From NCBI RefSeq assembly GCF_004010195.1, contig NC_057724.1, positions 54,564,490-54,628,489 on the forward strand: a stretch of 64,000 bases of DNA, read 5' to 3'. The position numbers and the translations under genes were made by a program. Shown in pieces: positions 13,001-25,494 of the stretch. Position 1 is the stretch's first letter. The number at the start of each line of letters is the position of its first letter. This stretch comes from Chiloscyllium plagiosum (lineage: Eukaryota). The notes below the pieces were generated by a model, which saw only the letters and a program-made list of their open reading frames with translations, searched no databases and had not been told where the DNA came from.

Positions 13001-14149
13001 CATTTAAGAGATTCAGAGATATCTTGAAAATTGTAAATCTACAGAAATTACTGTTCGATTTATGCCAGTCTACAAAGGTGTCTTCAAGGCCTAACATCTA
13101 TATCATTTTAAAAACTGCTAGATTTTCACATTAACTGATAACTAAGCTCATCACAGAAAGTCAAGTATGGTAATTAACAGTACAAATATCTTTGGAAGAA
13201 TGTTATCTTACAACTCAGTTCTAATTAGCCTTGGGTCTAGACATAGAACAATTTAAACTGCAGAGTCTTATTCTATCAAGTAAATGGAATTCAAAGATTA
13301 GAATTTTTTCTTTGAATCAAGAGGTGTGAGTTGGGTCATTTCCCAATGTTGCACTCTTCACTCTTGAATGTCAGTTCGTTCATATGGAATTGTGTTGGGT
13401 TGGAGTCGTGGCCACTGCTTCCTGAAGCAGGCCTGAAGAAGGAGCATGGTTGGGCAGTGGCAATGTTACCAGGTTAGATGGCCATCTTCCATTCACCGAG
13501 ACATTTGCCATATCTCTACATGGTCATTAGGCCCCTAGCCCTAATGGCTTTCGCTCCATCACCGTCCTCCATGCTCACTAGGCTGCCTCCATGCTTTTTC
13601 AATACTATCCTCCAAAAACCCAGTAATTACAATGCATCTTGTAGTTCTCCATGTTCTATGCATAGCCACATCTTTAGGCACCACTACAACCCCATCTCCT
13701 TTCTTGAATCCCCGGCCATTCCAAACATCTATGCATCCTCCATTTTCACTCATCCAGTATCCATAAAGTAGAGAACTCATATCCCAAATAATAATATTGG
13801 TAAGTCTTTGAAATGCTAATGAAGTAAAAGGAAAATCATTCAAATTTCAGGTAAACAAAGTTGCTCCTGTTGGAATCCCATAAAATGTCAATATTACAAC
13901 AGCCATTGAAAGTTCCCTTGAAAAAAATAAACTTTCCACTCAAGTGTTCATTAAACCAACAAACATCCCTTCAAAATAGCCTTCAAAACATTTATTCATA
14001 TTCCTATTCTTAGAATTGTCAATCAAGCAAAAATGCTGAAGTCCTGGAACATTAATAGAACAAGATGTTTATACTGTAGAGTTTACAACATATGCAGGAA
14101 ACATGCATGGAAGACCATTTGCTTGTTCTGAGTTCAGAAGTTCTTAGTT

Positions 14150-14490
14150 GGGTTGCATGATGGCTCAGTGGTTAGTACTGCTGCCTCACAATGCCAGGGA
14201 CCTGGGTTCAATTCCAGTCTTGAGCGACTGTCTATGTGAAGTTTACACGTTCTCCCCATGTCTGTGTGCATTTCTGCTGGGTACTCTAGTTTCCTCCCAC
14301 AGTCCAAAGAGGTGCCAATTAGGTGGACTGGCCATGCTAAATTGCCTGTAGTGTCCAGGGATGTGCAAGTTGGTGAGTTAGGCATGTGAAATGCAGGGCT
14401 ATGGGGATAGGTCTGGATGGGACACTCTTTGGAAGATTGGAATAGGCTGAATGGCCTGTTTCCACACTGTAGGGATTCCATTTAGTTTAG
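14150..14490 (+). mobile_element. HE1-like V-SINE
   Basis: TGGCTCAGTGGTTAGTACTGCTGCCTCAC head, V-domain, GGCCTGTTTCCACACTGTAGGGATTC tail. Confidence 0.9.
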
Positions 14491-14690
14491 AAATCCCGCA
14501 AAACTAATAATCTTGGGTTTACTACCAGAGACACCAGCAAATTAGCATCGGGTAAATGAAATTAGAAAGTTGAATTCATGACTCAAAGATTGGTGAGTAA
14601 GAAATGGATTTTGATTCATGGGGCACTGGCACCTATACTGGTGAAAGTGTGAGCTATACTGTGGGAACCACTGAACCAGTGTTCTGATGA
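14491..14690 (+). mobile_element. CR1 ORF1 (SGNH esterase-like) relic
   Basis: IILGLLPETPAN*HRVNEIRKLNS*LKDW*VRNGF*FMGHWHLYW matches the CR1 ORF1 esterase region. Confidence 0.7.
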
Positions 14691-14691
14691 G

Positions 14692-14962
14692 TCAGAGACC
14701 CGGGTTCATTTCCCGTCTCAGGTGACTCTCTGTGTGGAGTTTGCACATTCTCCCCCTGTCTGTGTGGGTTTCCTCCAGGTGCACCGGTTTGCTCCCACAA
14801 TCCAAAAAATGTGCAGGTTAGGTGAATTGGCCATGCTAAATTGCCCGTAGTGTTAGGTGAAGGGGTAAATGTAGGGGAATGGGTCTGGGTGGGTTGCTCT
14901 TTGGAGGGTCGATGTGGACTTGTTGGGCCGAAGGGCCTGTTTCCACACTGTATATAATCTAA
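14692..14962 (+). mobile_element. HE1-like V-SINE, 5'-truncated
   Basis: B-box remnant, V-domain and tail. Confidence 0.9.
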
Positions 14963-17224
14963 AAAAACGTAACAAGAGCGGATTCATGTAAAATCCTCAA
15001 TACCACTGGCAAGGCAATTGTTTTGCATGTTGAATGAATCAGCTCTGGGTTAATTGTATGAGGTTTTCAGATTTTTTATTCCCAGCAGACAATACCGACT
15101 ATTCAAAATTAGAATTGTTAGTTTATGGTGGCCAAATAAATCAATTTTTGCTTTTGTTATGTATTTGTGAAATTTGTTTGCCTAGTGTTTTGAGGGTTAT
15201 ATTCTGCAATTCCATCCATTTCTCTGTGAAACCACAATCATCAAGGTCTGCCCAAAGTCTGTATTTGTGTTTGTTTCTTTTTAGTTATAACTTCCTGTCT
15301 CTTTTCAAAGTATTTTGGGAAATTTTGCCATTGTATCTGAACGTGAACTTGCCAAAAACAGTGATGACATTGGTGGGAAATAAAAGGTTCTGTCCTTTTG
15401 CATCAAATGTTCCAAAGACAGATACAAAAATCACTCTCTACACTGACTACAGAATTTGCCTTGATGCAATCTATCTGATCATCTTTTGTTTGTGACATTA
15501 TGCTATTTTAACTGCCTCCCTTTGGGAAAGATTGCTGCATCAGTTCAAATTTGGTTTGAGCTTCATGCCAAAATTGTGCTTTGAAAACATGCCCCCTGAG
15601 AAACAAATTAAAACAACTTGACTTATGTGTGACCCTATGAGTGAGATTTCTAAGTTAGTGTCCCTTCATTCCATATTCAGCAAGTGCTTGATATTATAGA
15701 CCAGTATTAGTTGGAAGTCAGATTGACTCTGTCAGCATTTGATTATTCACAACATGAGAGACAAATAGGTGATGGATATGTTAACTAAGTATACATTCAA
15801 AGATGTTCACATGCATTCTACCACACTCAGCAAATAAAGTCCTTAAAAATGTATTAGGTGAATAGATTATTTTAATACAATGTCATTTTCAAATATTGAA
15901 CATCATAGTTCTTAGGCCCAGTCTGCCTTTTTAGTGGAATGTTAAATATTCTACAAGCTATTTAAAGAAGAACTGGTTGTTCTGCTGACTGACCTTCCTT
16001 TTGTAAATAGCACCACCAAAAAGGATTAACTGACCATTCATGTCATTTGGAAATAACGGCAACTCTATAGATTAATCAGTTTATAAAATTATATTAACCA
16101 TAAGTCATAGATAGTAATACTTCAGTGAGGGTGAAAATCTGATGGTTAAAACATAAAGATGAAAATAAAACAGTTCACTTCATCTGGAACTGCTTGGTAA
16201 TGCATCTAGGATTTTAAAAAATTTCACTTCATGGGTCTTCTGAGAAACGATCAACAACCTGAAACACGAGCTTGGTTTCTTTCTACAGATGCTGCCATAC
16301 CTGCTGAATATTTCTAGCACGTTTTGTTTTTATATATTCCACTTCAGACCACTGTTTGAGGGGCTGTGATAAGAAACTTATCTTTATCAGGTTATGCATC
16401 AAGCAACTTTGAGCAGTATTCTGGGAGATCACTAGGAACATGAATGCTTCCTTGATTACAGAGGAATCAGCTTCCTGGTTTCTCAGCTTGCTCACTAAAT
16501 ACGAAGCCCACCACACCGCCCAGATCATAATCACAAACAAGCTACCATGTTTCTTGCTGTTATATGCATCACAACGCATCGACACTCTGCAGTGGAGGTG
16601 TGCTGTACCTACAACGAAGCTGTGACTGAAACATTTTTGAAACCTGAAATGAATGGGTACCTAGAATGGTTAAGCACTAGGAATCTGGGATATGCTCATA
16701 TAAACTAATCTTATTCTCTAGCAATCTACCTAATGGTCATAACTAGAAGCAATCCCAGCTAAAATGCCTCAGCACCCCTAACCCACTCTGCCTCTAATGC
16801 ATGCAATCTGCCATGACAATAGTTTATTAACATTAGCACTGTGAATCAGTAAGTAAGAACAGGAAAGGGGAATGTAGTAAGAAACAAAGTTCATCAAAAT
16901 AAAGGGATCTATCTCAGATTAATTGGCAAAAATGTGGCAAAAAGACCAACAAACCAATAGTGAGACATTTTCAAGTATGAAATGCATAAAGTACAAAATC
17001 AATATTTTCTATAAAGTTAAAAATATCTTTCTATTCTGAGACCATTTTCAAAGCCTACCTGTTTGCCCAAGCTTTGGGTCACTCTTCATAAATTCAATAG
17101 TTTTGAGCTCATATTTATCTTAGAAAGCATACAGTACAAATTACAGTATTTAAGGAAGGTTAGTTGCGTAAAATTTGCTTATACATCTTATCGTTTACAT
17201 GAAAGATGATCACACTGCATTGTA

Positions 17225-17545
17225 TTAAACGACTAAAAGGTTTTAATCAAGAAAAATATAAAAACTATTTTTTCTAAAGAGAAAATTCAGAACATATGGT
17301 ATCTTAAAATTAGAACCACATAATTCAGAAGTGAAATCATGAAAAAAATTCTTCATTTAAAGACAAATGGAAGTCTGAAATTTTATAACCCCTAAGGCTG
17401 TAGACACTGGGTCAATTGAAATGTTCGTGTTTTACAGTGGCAGACCGTTATTAAGTGAGAATTTCAAGATATACGGATCAATGGTGGGTAAATGAAGTTG
17501 AAGTACCAATCAGCCATGATCTAATTAACTATAAAAGATAGGCCT
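17225..17545 (+). mobile_element. Old CR1 3' end
   Basis: Degenerate FRSEI.K.F and ATCAGCCATGATCT 3' UTR motif. Confidence 0.55.
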
Positions 17546-18910
17546 ATGTTTATTATGGGAGCTATTTGAGCCAAGAAACCAAAAACAATCTTAAAATCAC
17601 AAGGAGAATAGAGAGAAAATTAGAAGGATGAAGCAGCCAGGATCATTGTCTTGCTAAAGATCATATGTTCAATTTGTATTTTACATTGAAAATAACAGGA
17701 AATAAATGGTTTTCAGTATTGCTATAAAGTAAATCAGATAGCAAATGATGGACTCCGCACGTGCAATTAATCACATAGATACAGATTTTGCACTCCGATC
17801 TTCCCTATTCCTCCACTATCTATGCTATAACCGTATTTACTATCAAGACTTGGCATTAAAACCAATGTAAGGGCATAAAGTTGCAGTATTTACCCATTCG
17901 TGACACACTAAACACAGAAGGGTTTCTGGATTGAGCAGTAAGTGCCTATTTAATTTGTAACATCTTTATTACCACATATAACATTTTTGACCCTGAAAAG
18001 TTCATTTTATAAGTATATAGCTTTATGCCATTAAAATTCAATTAACACCAGAGATTATTTATCAAAAGATAAGAATATGTTTCTCAATTTTACTTTATTT
18101 TGTTTTCTTTTTGTGTGTTTTGTTTCTCTTTCTCTTAATCCTGTTATGGTTTCCCCCAAATTTGTTCCAATATGTTGCATCACTTTAATCTAGTTTTAAC
18201 TTCCTGGTTAGGTGCTGTGGACTGAAGAAATCTAATGCAGGAGGGAGGTATACACTAAACGATGGAACCCTTAGTAGATCAACATACAGAGGAATCTAGG
18301 CAGACAGGTCCACAGTTCATTAAAAGTGGCAATACAAATGGATAAGTTGGTCAAGAAGGCATATGACATACTTGCCTTCATGTGTCGGGGCATAGAGTAT
18401 AAAAATTGGCAAGTCACGTTGCAGCCATATAGAACTTTAATTAGGCCACATTGTGTATAATTCTGGCCGCCACATTAGCAGAAGGATGTGGAGGTTTTGG
18501 ACAGGATGCAGAAATGGTTTACCAGGATGTTGCCCGGTTTGGAAGGTATTAGCAATGAGGAGAGATTGGACAAACTTGGTTTGTTTTCACTTAATGTCAA
18601 AGGATGAGTAGGTGACCTGATAAAAGTTTACATTATTATTCAGTGGCATGGATAGAATGGATTGTCGGAGTCTTGTTCCGAGGTAGAAATGTCAATTACT
18701 TGGGGACATAAGTTTAATGTGAAAACATAGTAAGTTTGCAAGAGGTGTGAGAGGCAGGGTTTGACACAGAGGGTGCTCAGTGCCTGGAATGCACTGCCCA
18801 AGGAGGTTGTGGAAGTGGATACAATAACAATGTTTAAGAACCATCTCGACAGATATATGAATAAGCAAGTAATAGACGAATATGGGCAATGTAGGGGCAC
18901 AAGGTTTTTA

Positions 18911-19120
18911 AGGAGAAAGTGAGGTCTGCAGACGCTGGAGATCAAAGCTGAAACTTTATTGCTGGAACAGCACAGCAGGTCAGGCAGCATCTAGGGAACA
19001 GAAGATTCGACGTTTCGGGCACATGCCCTTCTTCAGGAATGAGCATGTGCCCGAAACGTCGTATCTTCTGTTCCCTAGATGCTGCCTGACCTGCTGTGCT
19101 GTTCCAGCAATAAAGTTTCA
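18911..19120. mobile_element. Penelope-like family A fold-back insertion
   Basis: 80-bp inverted arms 18947-19026 / 19043-19122 with one mismatch; 14-bp TSD GCACAAGGTTTTTA (18897-18910, 19121-19134). Confidence 0.9.
19005..19040 (-). ncRNA. Minimal hammerhead ribozyme motif (Penelope-associated)
   Basis: Minus strand ATTC-CTGAAGA-AGGGC-ATGT-GCCC-GAAA-CGT-C-GAAT: intact core, 4-bp stem II, stem I ATTC/GAAT, ACGU palindrome in place of stem III. Confidence 0.75.
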
Positions 19121-20123
19121 GCACAAGGTTTTTAGTTTGGTAAGGTATTATGTATCAATGCAGTCTTGGTAGGTCAATGGGCCTGTTCCTGTGCTGTACT
19201 GTTTGTGCTTCTTTCTTCTTTGAATCTATCTAGTCACACAAACATGGAGTTGGAGGCTGTTAGAAATTAGAATGTTTAATAAAATTACATTTCATGTAAT
19301 TGAGGAACTTTTTTAAAGAACTTAACTAATAATGCTTTTTAGTTTTAAATTTCCAGCATCCACATTGCTTTTTTTTTATTTTGACTATGGTATTGAATTT
19401 CTCTCCCTGAAAAGATACATGCAATTCTATGGAGATAAAGATCACAAAACCATGTCTTATCACTCCTGAGGTCACTACAATCCTGAAGTGACATTAGGAA
19501 ATCATCTGGCTCCGTGTGTACATCCCTTGCCTTACTATACAAATGGCTAGAAAGAACTAAAAACTGACCTCAACTGAATGATGGACAGAGATAATCATTC
19601 TGACAGGTATTTGGCCTATAGTCATCAAATAGAAAGGTTTAAACAGGTGAGTGACACATTATAACCAGCCCCTAGAAATAGGGTACATCCATGTGAGCAT
19701 TCAATGGATGAATAACCAGGCCATTGTTTAATAGGCAGCCACCAGCCACAACTTCAAGGGGCTGGAACCTGCCTTGTGAAATTGCCTGTTAATAGTTTGG
19801 GGGCAAGAATTCTGACCATCAAGAGGGAAATAGAGCTTGGGGGAGTGTAACGTCTTGGGGTGGGGCCTTCTGATATGCCAAGGGGCTAGTTAAGAAAGAC
19901 TACTCCCTGCTCACCCCAGCTCACGCAGGGAAACTTGCTAGGCTCACTACCTGACCCCTTCTGTCGCTGTCTTAATCCCAGTGACGATGGAATAAAGCCC
20001 TACAGTAATATTAAATGCCTACAAAAGGTTCACTGGCAGTCAAGCAAATCCACGCCATCCTGCCATTGACAAAATTGCAGAGAGAATGGCTGGGTCCAGT
20101 TACCTACTGGATTTAATATGAAC

Positions 20124-20253
20124 AGGAGAAAGTGAGGTCTGCAGATGCTGGAGATCAAAGTTGAAACTTTATTGCTGGAACAGCACAGCAGGTCAGGCAG
20201 CATCCAGGGAACAGGAGATTCGACATTTCGGGCACAGGCCCTTCCTCAGGAAT
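20124..20253 (-). mobile_element. Penelope-like family A solo terminal repeat with hammerhead core (20218-20253)
   Basis: Near-identical to 18911-19040; core CTGAGGA-AGGGC-CTGT-GCCC-GAAA-TGTC; flanked by short ATGAAC repeat. Confidence 0.85.
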
Positions 20254-20349
20254 GAACCCCCACTACAGACTCAGCAGCGGGTCAGATGTTCAATACTGTT
20301 CGAATGACAGAAAATCTATGGGAAAACTAATAATAAATGTTCCATGCAG

Positions 20350-20675
20350 CTATCATTGTACACAATAATTTGCCCCATATGTGTAGCTGTTACTCTACAG
20401 AATAGTGTGTTCTCATTTACACAACAATTAATATACAGAAAATTGTGTCCTCATTTGCACAGTTATCGGTGTACAGAATAGTGTGTCCTCATGTGCAAGC
20501 TCACAGTGTCTAGAATAGCATATCCTTGTGCATAGTTATCAGTGTACTGAATAGAGTGTTCTCATGTATGTAGCTATCAATGTACAAAATAATGTGTTCA
20601 CATGTACACAGTTATCAGCGTACAGAATAGTGCATCTTCATGTGCACAGTTATTAGTGTACTGAATATTGCATGC
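20350..20675 (+). repeat. Degenerate minisatellite, ~37-39 bp unit, about 8 copies
   Basis: Recurrent TGTACAGAATAGTGTGTCCTCATGTGCACAGTTATCAG-like units. Confidence 0.8.
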
Positions 20676-21079
20676 TGTTGCTTAATCACTGACTGTAAAA
20701 CTCAAGGCATTACATCTATGACCATAGTTGTGAAAGCTGAATGGAACAGTTCACAATTGAAAATGAGTTCCGAAGAATCTCTACTTACCATACAGAATTT
20801 ATCCAATATCTAATTCCCACCATTAGTTTATTTATCACCAACACATTTACAGAGAATAGCCTTCTGCTACTAAATAGTGGTATTTTACAACTGGCCAAGC
20901 AGCAGAGAGAAACTATAAATATCAAAACAGCTTTTTAATTAGAAGATTTCATGAAGATAGTACTTGCCTAAAGTGGATTTGAGCCAAATGAGAAAAAGGC
21001 TGTCAAGAGATGCCAGCTGTCGGAATAGAGTTACTACCTGACAAAACTTCACCTCAGATCACTTCCTGCACAACCCAGT

Positions 21080-21612
21080 TATAAAGTTTGGTGCTTTTAC
21101 TGCAAGAGGAATTGAGTATAAAAGTAGGAGAGACTTACATCTGTACACAGGGTTGGTGTATCAGCAACCTGTACTACATACAATCTTGGTCATTTTGTTG
21201 AAGGAAAGATATAATTGCATTGTAGGCGTTTCAGGGAAAGTTGACTAAGCCAGTTCCTGGGATTAAGAAACCTGAATTGTGATCTTATGAAACAAAAAAG
21301 CTTCTAAAGGATTTGTTTCCCATCATGGGAAATGTAGAAACAGAGGATACAATTTCAAAATAAAGGGTCTCACAGTTAAGGATGAGATGTAGAGGGTTTT
21401 GTTTTCCTCAGAGAGTTGTTAATTCTTGGAATTCTCTACACCAGAATGCAATGGAGGTTGAGGCTGAGTTAGACAGATTTCTAATCCCAGAGAGGGGCCC
21501 AGGATTATTGGCGAACAGCCAAGAAACTGAAGTTAAGGCCAAACTCAGACCATCTGAGTGATAGAGCAGCTTTGGGAGGCCAAATGGCTTGTTCCAGCTC
21601 GTATTCCTATTT
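21080..21612 (+). mobile_element. Old CR1 3' end
   Basis: ARGIEYKSR, FSQRVVNSWNSL motifs and 3' UTR. Confidence 0.7.
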
Positions 21613-21759
21613 CTAATATTCTTATTTTCTCCAGAGCATGGAAATCCCTTTGTAGACAGATTTTTTTTTAGACTTTAAAGGCATTTAAAGGTATCTGGCT
21701 ATAGTACTCTGAATCCAAGGGAATAGAAAGAAAGAATTAGAAAACCTTTTAAACTCATT

Positions 21760-22680
21760 TAAAGCTAAAAATCACACAACACCAGGTTATAGCCCAATAG
21801 GTTTATTTCGAAACACTAGCTTTCAGAGCACTGCTCCTTCGTCAAGTGGTTATGGAGTATAAGATTGTAGGGCACAGAATTTATAGCAAAAGTTTCAGTG
21901 TGATGTAACTGAAATCATATATTGAAAAATGCCTGGATTATTTGTTAAGTTTCTCATCTTTTAGAATAGGCATGATGATTTCTCATATGTAAATCCCAGA
22001 ACTTTCTTCAAGTTACATTCTCAAGTGAGCTTTAACAATAGGTGCCACGTTGGTCCAGATAATGCATTGAAGGTGTGAGGTGCCATGTGTGAGGCTGTCT
22101 GTGCTCCAACGTTCAGACTGATTCTAATCTAAAAAAGGGATTTACAGAATCTTACATGAATTCATGCAGTTTTTGAGAAAAATTAAATGAAATTCTGCAT
22201 TTCACAAATTCACTCCACAAACTTATATGTGTGTGTGTGCATGTGGGTGTGTGTGTGCATGTGGGTATAAGTGTCTGTGAGAGAGTGTGTGTATGTGTAT
22301 GTGTATGAGTGTGAGTGTAAAGGGATATAAGTCTGTAAGAGGGTGTGTGTCGGTGTGGGAGTGTATGTATGAGCATATGAGAGATAGCTTGTGTATGAGA
22401 GAAGGTCTGCGTGAGTGTATGGGTCTGTAGGAGTGTGTGTGTGCATGTGTGTATGTGTGCGCGCATGTATGTGTTTGTAAGAGTGTCTGTGCGGGTGTGT
22501 GTCTGTAAGAGTGTCTGTGCATGTCTGTCTGTGAGTGTGTGTGTGCGTTTGTGTGTGTCTGTAAGAGTGTCTGTGCATGTCTCTCTGTCTGTGAGTGTGT
22601 ATGTGCGCATGTGTATGTGCGTATGTGTGTGTGTGTAGTGCAGTGGGGTCACCTATAATGTGACACGAGCCCAAGGTCTA
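21760..22680 (-). mobile_element. Penelope-like family B terminal repeat with long (TG/CA) compound microsatellite
   Basis: Homologous to 605-2320; hammerhead-like core on - strand at 21814-21850 (ACCAC-TTGACGA-AGGAGC-AGT-GCTCT-GAAA-GCT-A-GTG). Confidence 0.85.
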
Positions 22681-22737
22681 TTGCCGCTATGGGTATTGTG
22701 GAAACAGTTGTCACAAAACTGAAGAGAATTGAATGAA

Positions 22738-22820
22738 GCTGAAAATGTGTTGCTGGAAAAACGCAGCAGGTCAGACAGCATCCAAGGAACAGGAGAATCG
22801 ACGTTTCGGGCATAAGCCCT
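22738..22820 (-). mobile_element. Truncated Penelope-like family A repeat
   Basis: GCTGAAAATGTGTTGCTGG...GACGTTTCGGGCATAAGCCCT flanked by GAATGAA direct repeat. Confidence 0.8.
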
Positions 22821-23499
22821 GAATGAAACCTTGTATGTGGACCTAAAATAATGCCCCCTCCCCGCCCCCTCCCCACCCCCACCCTCTCAATTGTCTCTGC
22901 TCGATTCTTGCTCAAGATTCAAGATGGGGCTTTTATGGATACTCCAAAAACATGAATGTCAAGTATAAGAAGATTAAATAGGGGAGTGAATTTAGACCAT
23001 ATGAATCATTGAATCACAGAATTGATGCATCCGTGATCTTTGTGCTAAAATATTGTCTGATTTCATAATTTCATAACTCTGAGACCATAACATAACATAC
23101 CACCCATAACACATACACTAATAAGGACTTTCAATATAGCATATTTTTTGATTAGCTTACTTCCAATAGATCCAATAGAAAATGAACAGATCAAAATTAT
23201 CACCCACTACATTATAAATGTCTGTGCAAATTATAATCCCTGTTGAAACATTTGTTAAGAAGCACAACATAACTAAAAGTTCAATCAAATCGTTGGGAAT
23301 TCTAACAGGAGAAACTAAAACATAGTTATTTAGTTTTGAAGTTACAGTTGATGAGGCTTTCTCTTCTTAGATATTTGCAGTGAATTTAGATTGTACTAAT
23401 TAGTAAAGCACCAACAACACCAAATTTAATTATCAGCATCAGAGCACAAACTAATTGAAGCAATTTAAAACTCTATGCCATTGTATCACATCCATATCA

Positions 23500-24000
23500 T
23501 TGCACAAGGTGTTCTACAAGCATCAGTGCCTACCTGTTGAGCCTACTGTCTCAAAAGCTTCATATTTTGAGAAGTGGAAATGGGCCACTGGTATCTTCTC
23601 ATCATCTCAAACTCCAATAAGAGTTGCTCTTGTTGGCCGTATCACAAAACAACAAAAATACAGGAAATCAAAGATGCAGGAAATCAAAGAGTCTACAAGC
23701 AACATTCAAACAGAATTAAGAGGCGTGGAAAACATGATTGTGGGGGAAGAAGAAATATTGATAAATAGGAGTTGGTATTTGTGGCAGCCAAAGACTTGTG
23801 TGGAATCCCAAGGCTGTATTCTATTTGTAGTTGCCAGCATTTGTTGATCAAAGTGGTGAGGTGACAGTCCTGTCAGTGTTCGACCTTAGATAGACTAACA
23901 CATGTCACTAGGGAAATGTAGAAGATATAATACCATTAAGCTCACTCTGCTCAGATTGTGCCCAATCCCAGATGATCACTAAAGAGCTTTCACAACCCCT
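23500..24000 (+). mobile_element. Possible Gypsy integrase C-terminal relic
   Basis: Weak resemblance (EIKDAGNQRVYKQH...; WQPKT; GKCRRYN) to the post-integrase region of Gypsy pol. Confidence 0.3.
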
Positions 24001-24267
24001 GGAGCCAAACTCTCTCACCCACATTGCCTAGACAATGATTCACAATGACACAAAGCAAAAAGTGGAACAATGAAGATAACAGATAAAAATAACTGGATAC
24101 AACAGACACTCATTCAGCCTGACATTGGTTATCTAAATGACTTGCTTTGTAGAACACATATTTATATAATTCTTCTTTTATCTCTGGTACAGTCATTTTC
24201 CAGTCATTGTCACAAATCATAATGACTAGACTTATCTCAACTGGGGCAATTGTTAATTACTATTTGG

Positions 24268-24600
24268 AGGTGCCATGGTGGCTCAGTGGTTAGCGTTGCT
24301 ATCTCACAGTGCTGGGGACACAGAATTGATTCCACGCTCAGGCTATGGAGTTTGCACATTCTCTCCATATCTGCCTGGGTTCCCTCCAGGTGCTCCAGTT
24401 TCCTCACATGGTCCAAAGATGTACAAATTGGGTGGATTGGCCATGGCAAATTGTCCATTGTGTGCAGGCTGGTTGGATTAGCCACTGGAAATGCAGGTTT
24501 ACAATATAGGTTGGGGGATGGGTTGTGTCTGAGTGAGATGTTCTTCAGAGGATCAATGTGGGCCAAATGGCCTGCTTCCACACTATTGGGATTCTATAAT
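24268..24600 (+). mobile_element. HE1-like V-SINE
   Basis: tRNA head, V-domain, tail. Confidence 0.9.
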
Positions 24601-24692
24601 TAAGGGCAGCTAGCCATGAAAGTACAGCTTTTGTGACATATTTTCCCTTCTGGTTGACGATCTCTTGACCTAGGAGTTAACATTACTAACAG

Positions 24693-24786
24693 AGAAAGTG
24701 AGAAGGGCTTATGCCCGAAACGTCGATTCTCCTGTTCCTTGGATGCTGCCTGACCTGATGCGCTTTTCCAGCAACACATTTTCAGC
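24693..24786. mobile_element. Penelope-like family A mini-insertion with inverted junction
   Basis: About 10 bp of the GAGAAAGTGAG end fused to the opposite-orientation repeat ending TTTTCAGC; 18-bp TSD AGTTAACATTACTAACAG (24675-24692, 24787-24804). Confidence 0.85.
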
Positions 24787-25494
24787 AGTTAACATTACTA
24801 ACAGCCAAGCACAGCTGGATTACTGTCAATAAGATGGTAATGGATCGCTCATCTTTGTCTTTTCATAATCTTGAGCATTTTGTCTTTAACATTAACTTCT
24901 AAATCCTTCCATCACCATTTTCCTGTTTTCAAGCTCTCATACCCTGTTTTGGAGGTGGAAATATATTGTGAAAATTGGTTTCTTCTTCATCAAAAACAAG
25001 TATCAGAGTTGTATTAAATTATTCAGTTGCAAGACAGGAAGCTCATTATTGATATGGCCAATGTCTAATAAAGAAAATGCGAAAACAAACTTAACTGCTC
25101 CTTTTTCAAAAATAAGTTTTATTTTTCACCACTTTTGGAATTCCATACTGTACATTTTCTTTCCCTGAGAACTGTTAGCAGGCGAGCTACGGAAAGTAAT
25201 AAAGGTTGTGTTTGCTGCCACTGCAACTCCAGGGGGTGCACACATCACAAATGCAGTCACAGTACAGGACTTGTGATGTCGATGTGAAGGGGACTGCATG
25301 TAGCTTTCTACATCAAAGCACACTGAAATGGAACTAATTATACTGCAGAAAGCACGGTTTGTTTAAATCAGAGATTTAAGACGCAAGGTTTACTTATTGA
25401 AGTACATAGTGGTGTCGCCATGCAATGATGATGCAAACAGCAGTGACTTCCTGTTCCAGTCAAGTGATAAGCGATACAGTGATTCACTCAACCA

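Larger units (their letters stand above)
18225..19215 (+). mobile_element. CR1 LINE 3' ~1 kb, carrying a Penelope-like insertion in its 3' UTR
   Basis: DKLVKKAYDILAFMCRGIEYKNWQVTLQPYRTLIRPH; tail GGGCCTGTTCCTGTGCTGTAC. Confidence 0.9.

Noticed and set aside
15034-15495. 153-aa ORF
   Set aside because: Leu/Phe/Cys-rich composition typical of the antisense of A-rich DNA; no recognisable domain or splice context
18911-19120. Reading the fold-back insertions as DNA-transposon MITEs or miRNA genes
   Set aside because: Variable TSD length, variable inversion point, asymmetric ends and continuity with a GIY-YIG ORF at 53160-53288 indicate Penelope-type retro-insertions
20350-20675. CRISPR-like array
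   Set aside because: Head-to-tail degenerate units without unique spacers, in eukaryotic DNA with no cas genes
22152-22674. Long His/Thr-rich ORFs (also 1116-1872)
   Set aside because: Translations of the (CA/TG) compound microsatellite in the family B repeat; open in several frames on both strands
22854-22884. C-run tract (potential G-quadruplex on -), also 15-40
   Set aside because: Common low-complexity tract with no supporting context
23455-23847. 130-aa ORF as a host gene
   Set aside because: Non-ATG start, no domain; more consistent with a decayed retrotransposon region
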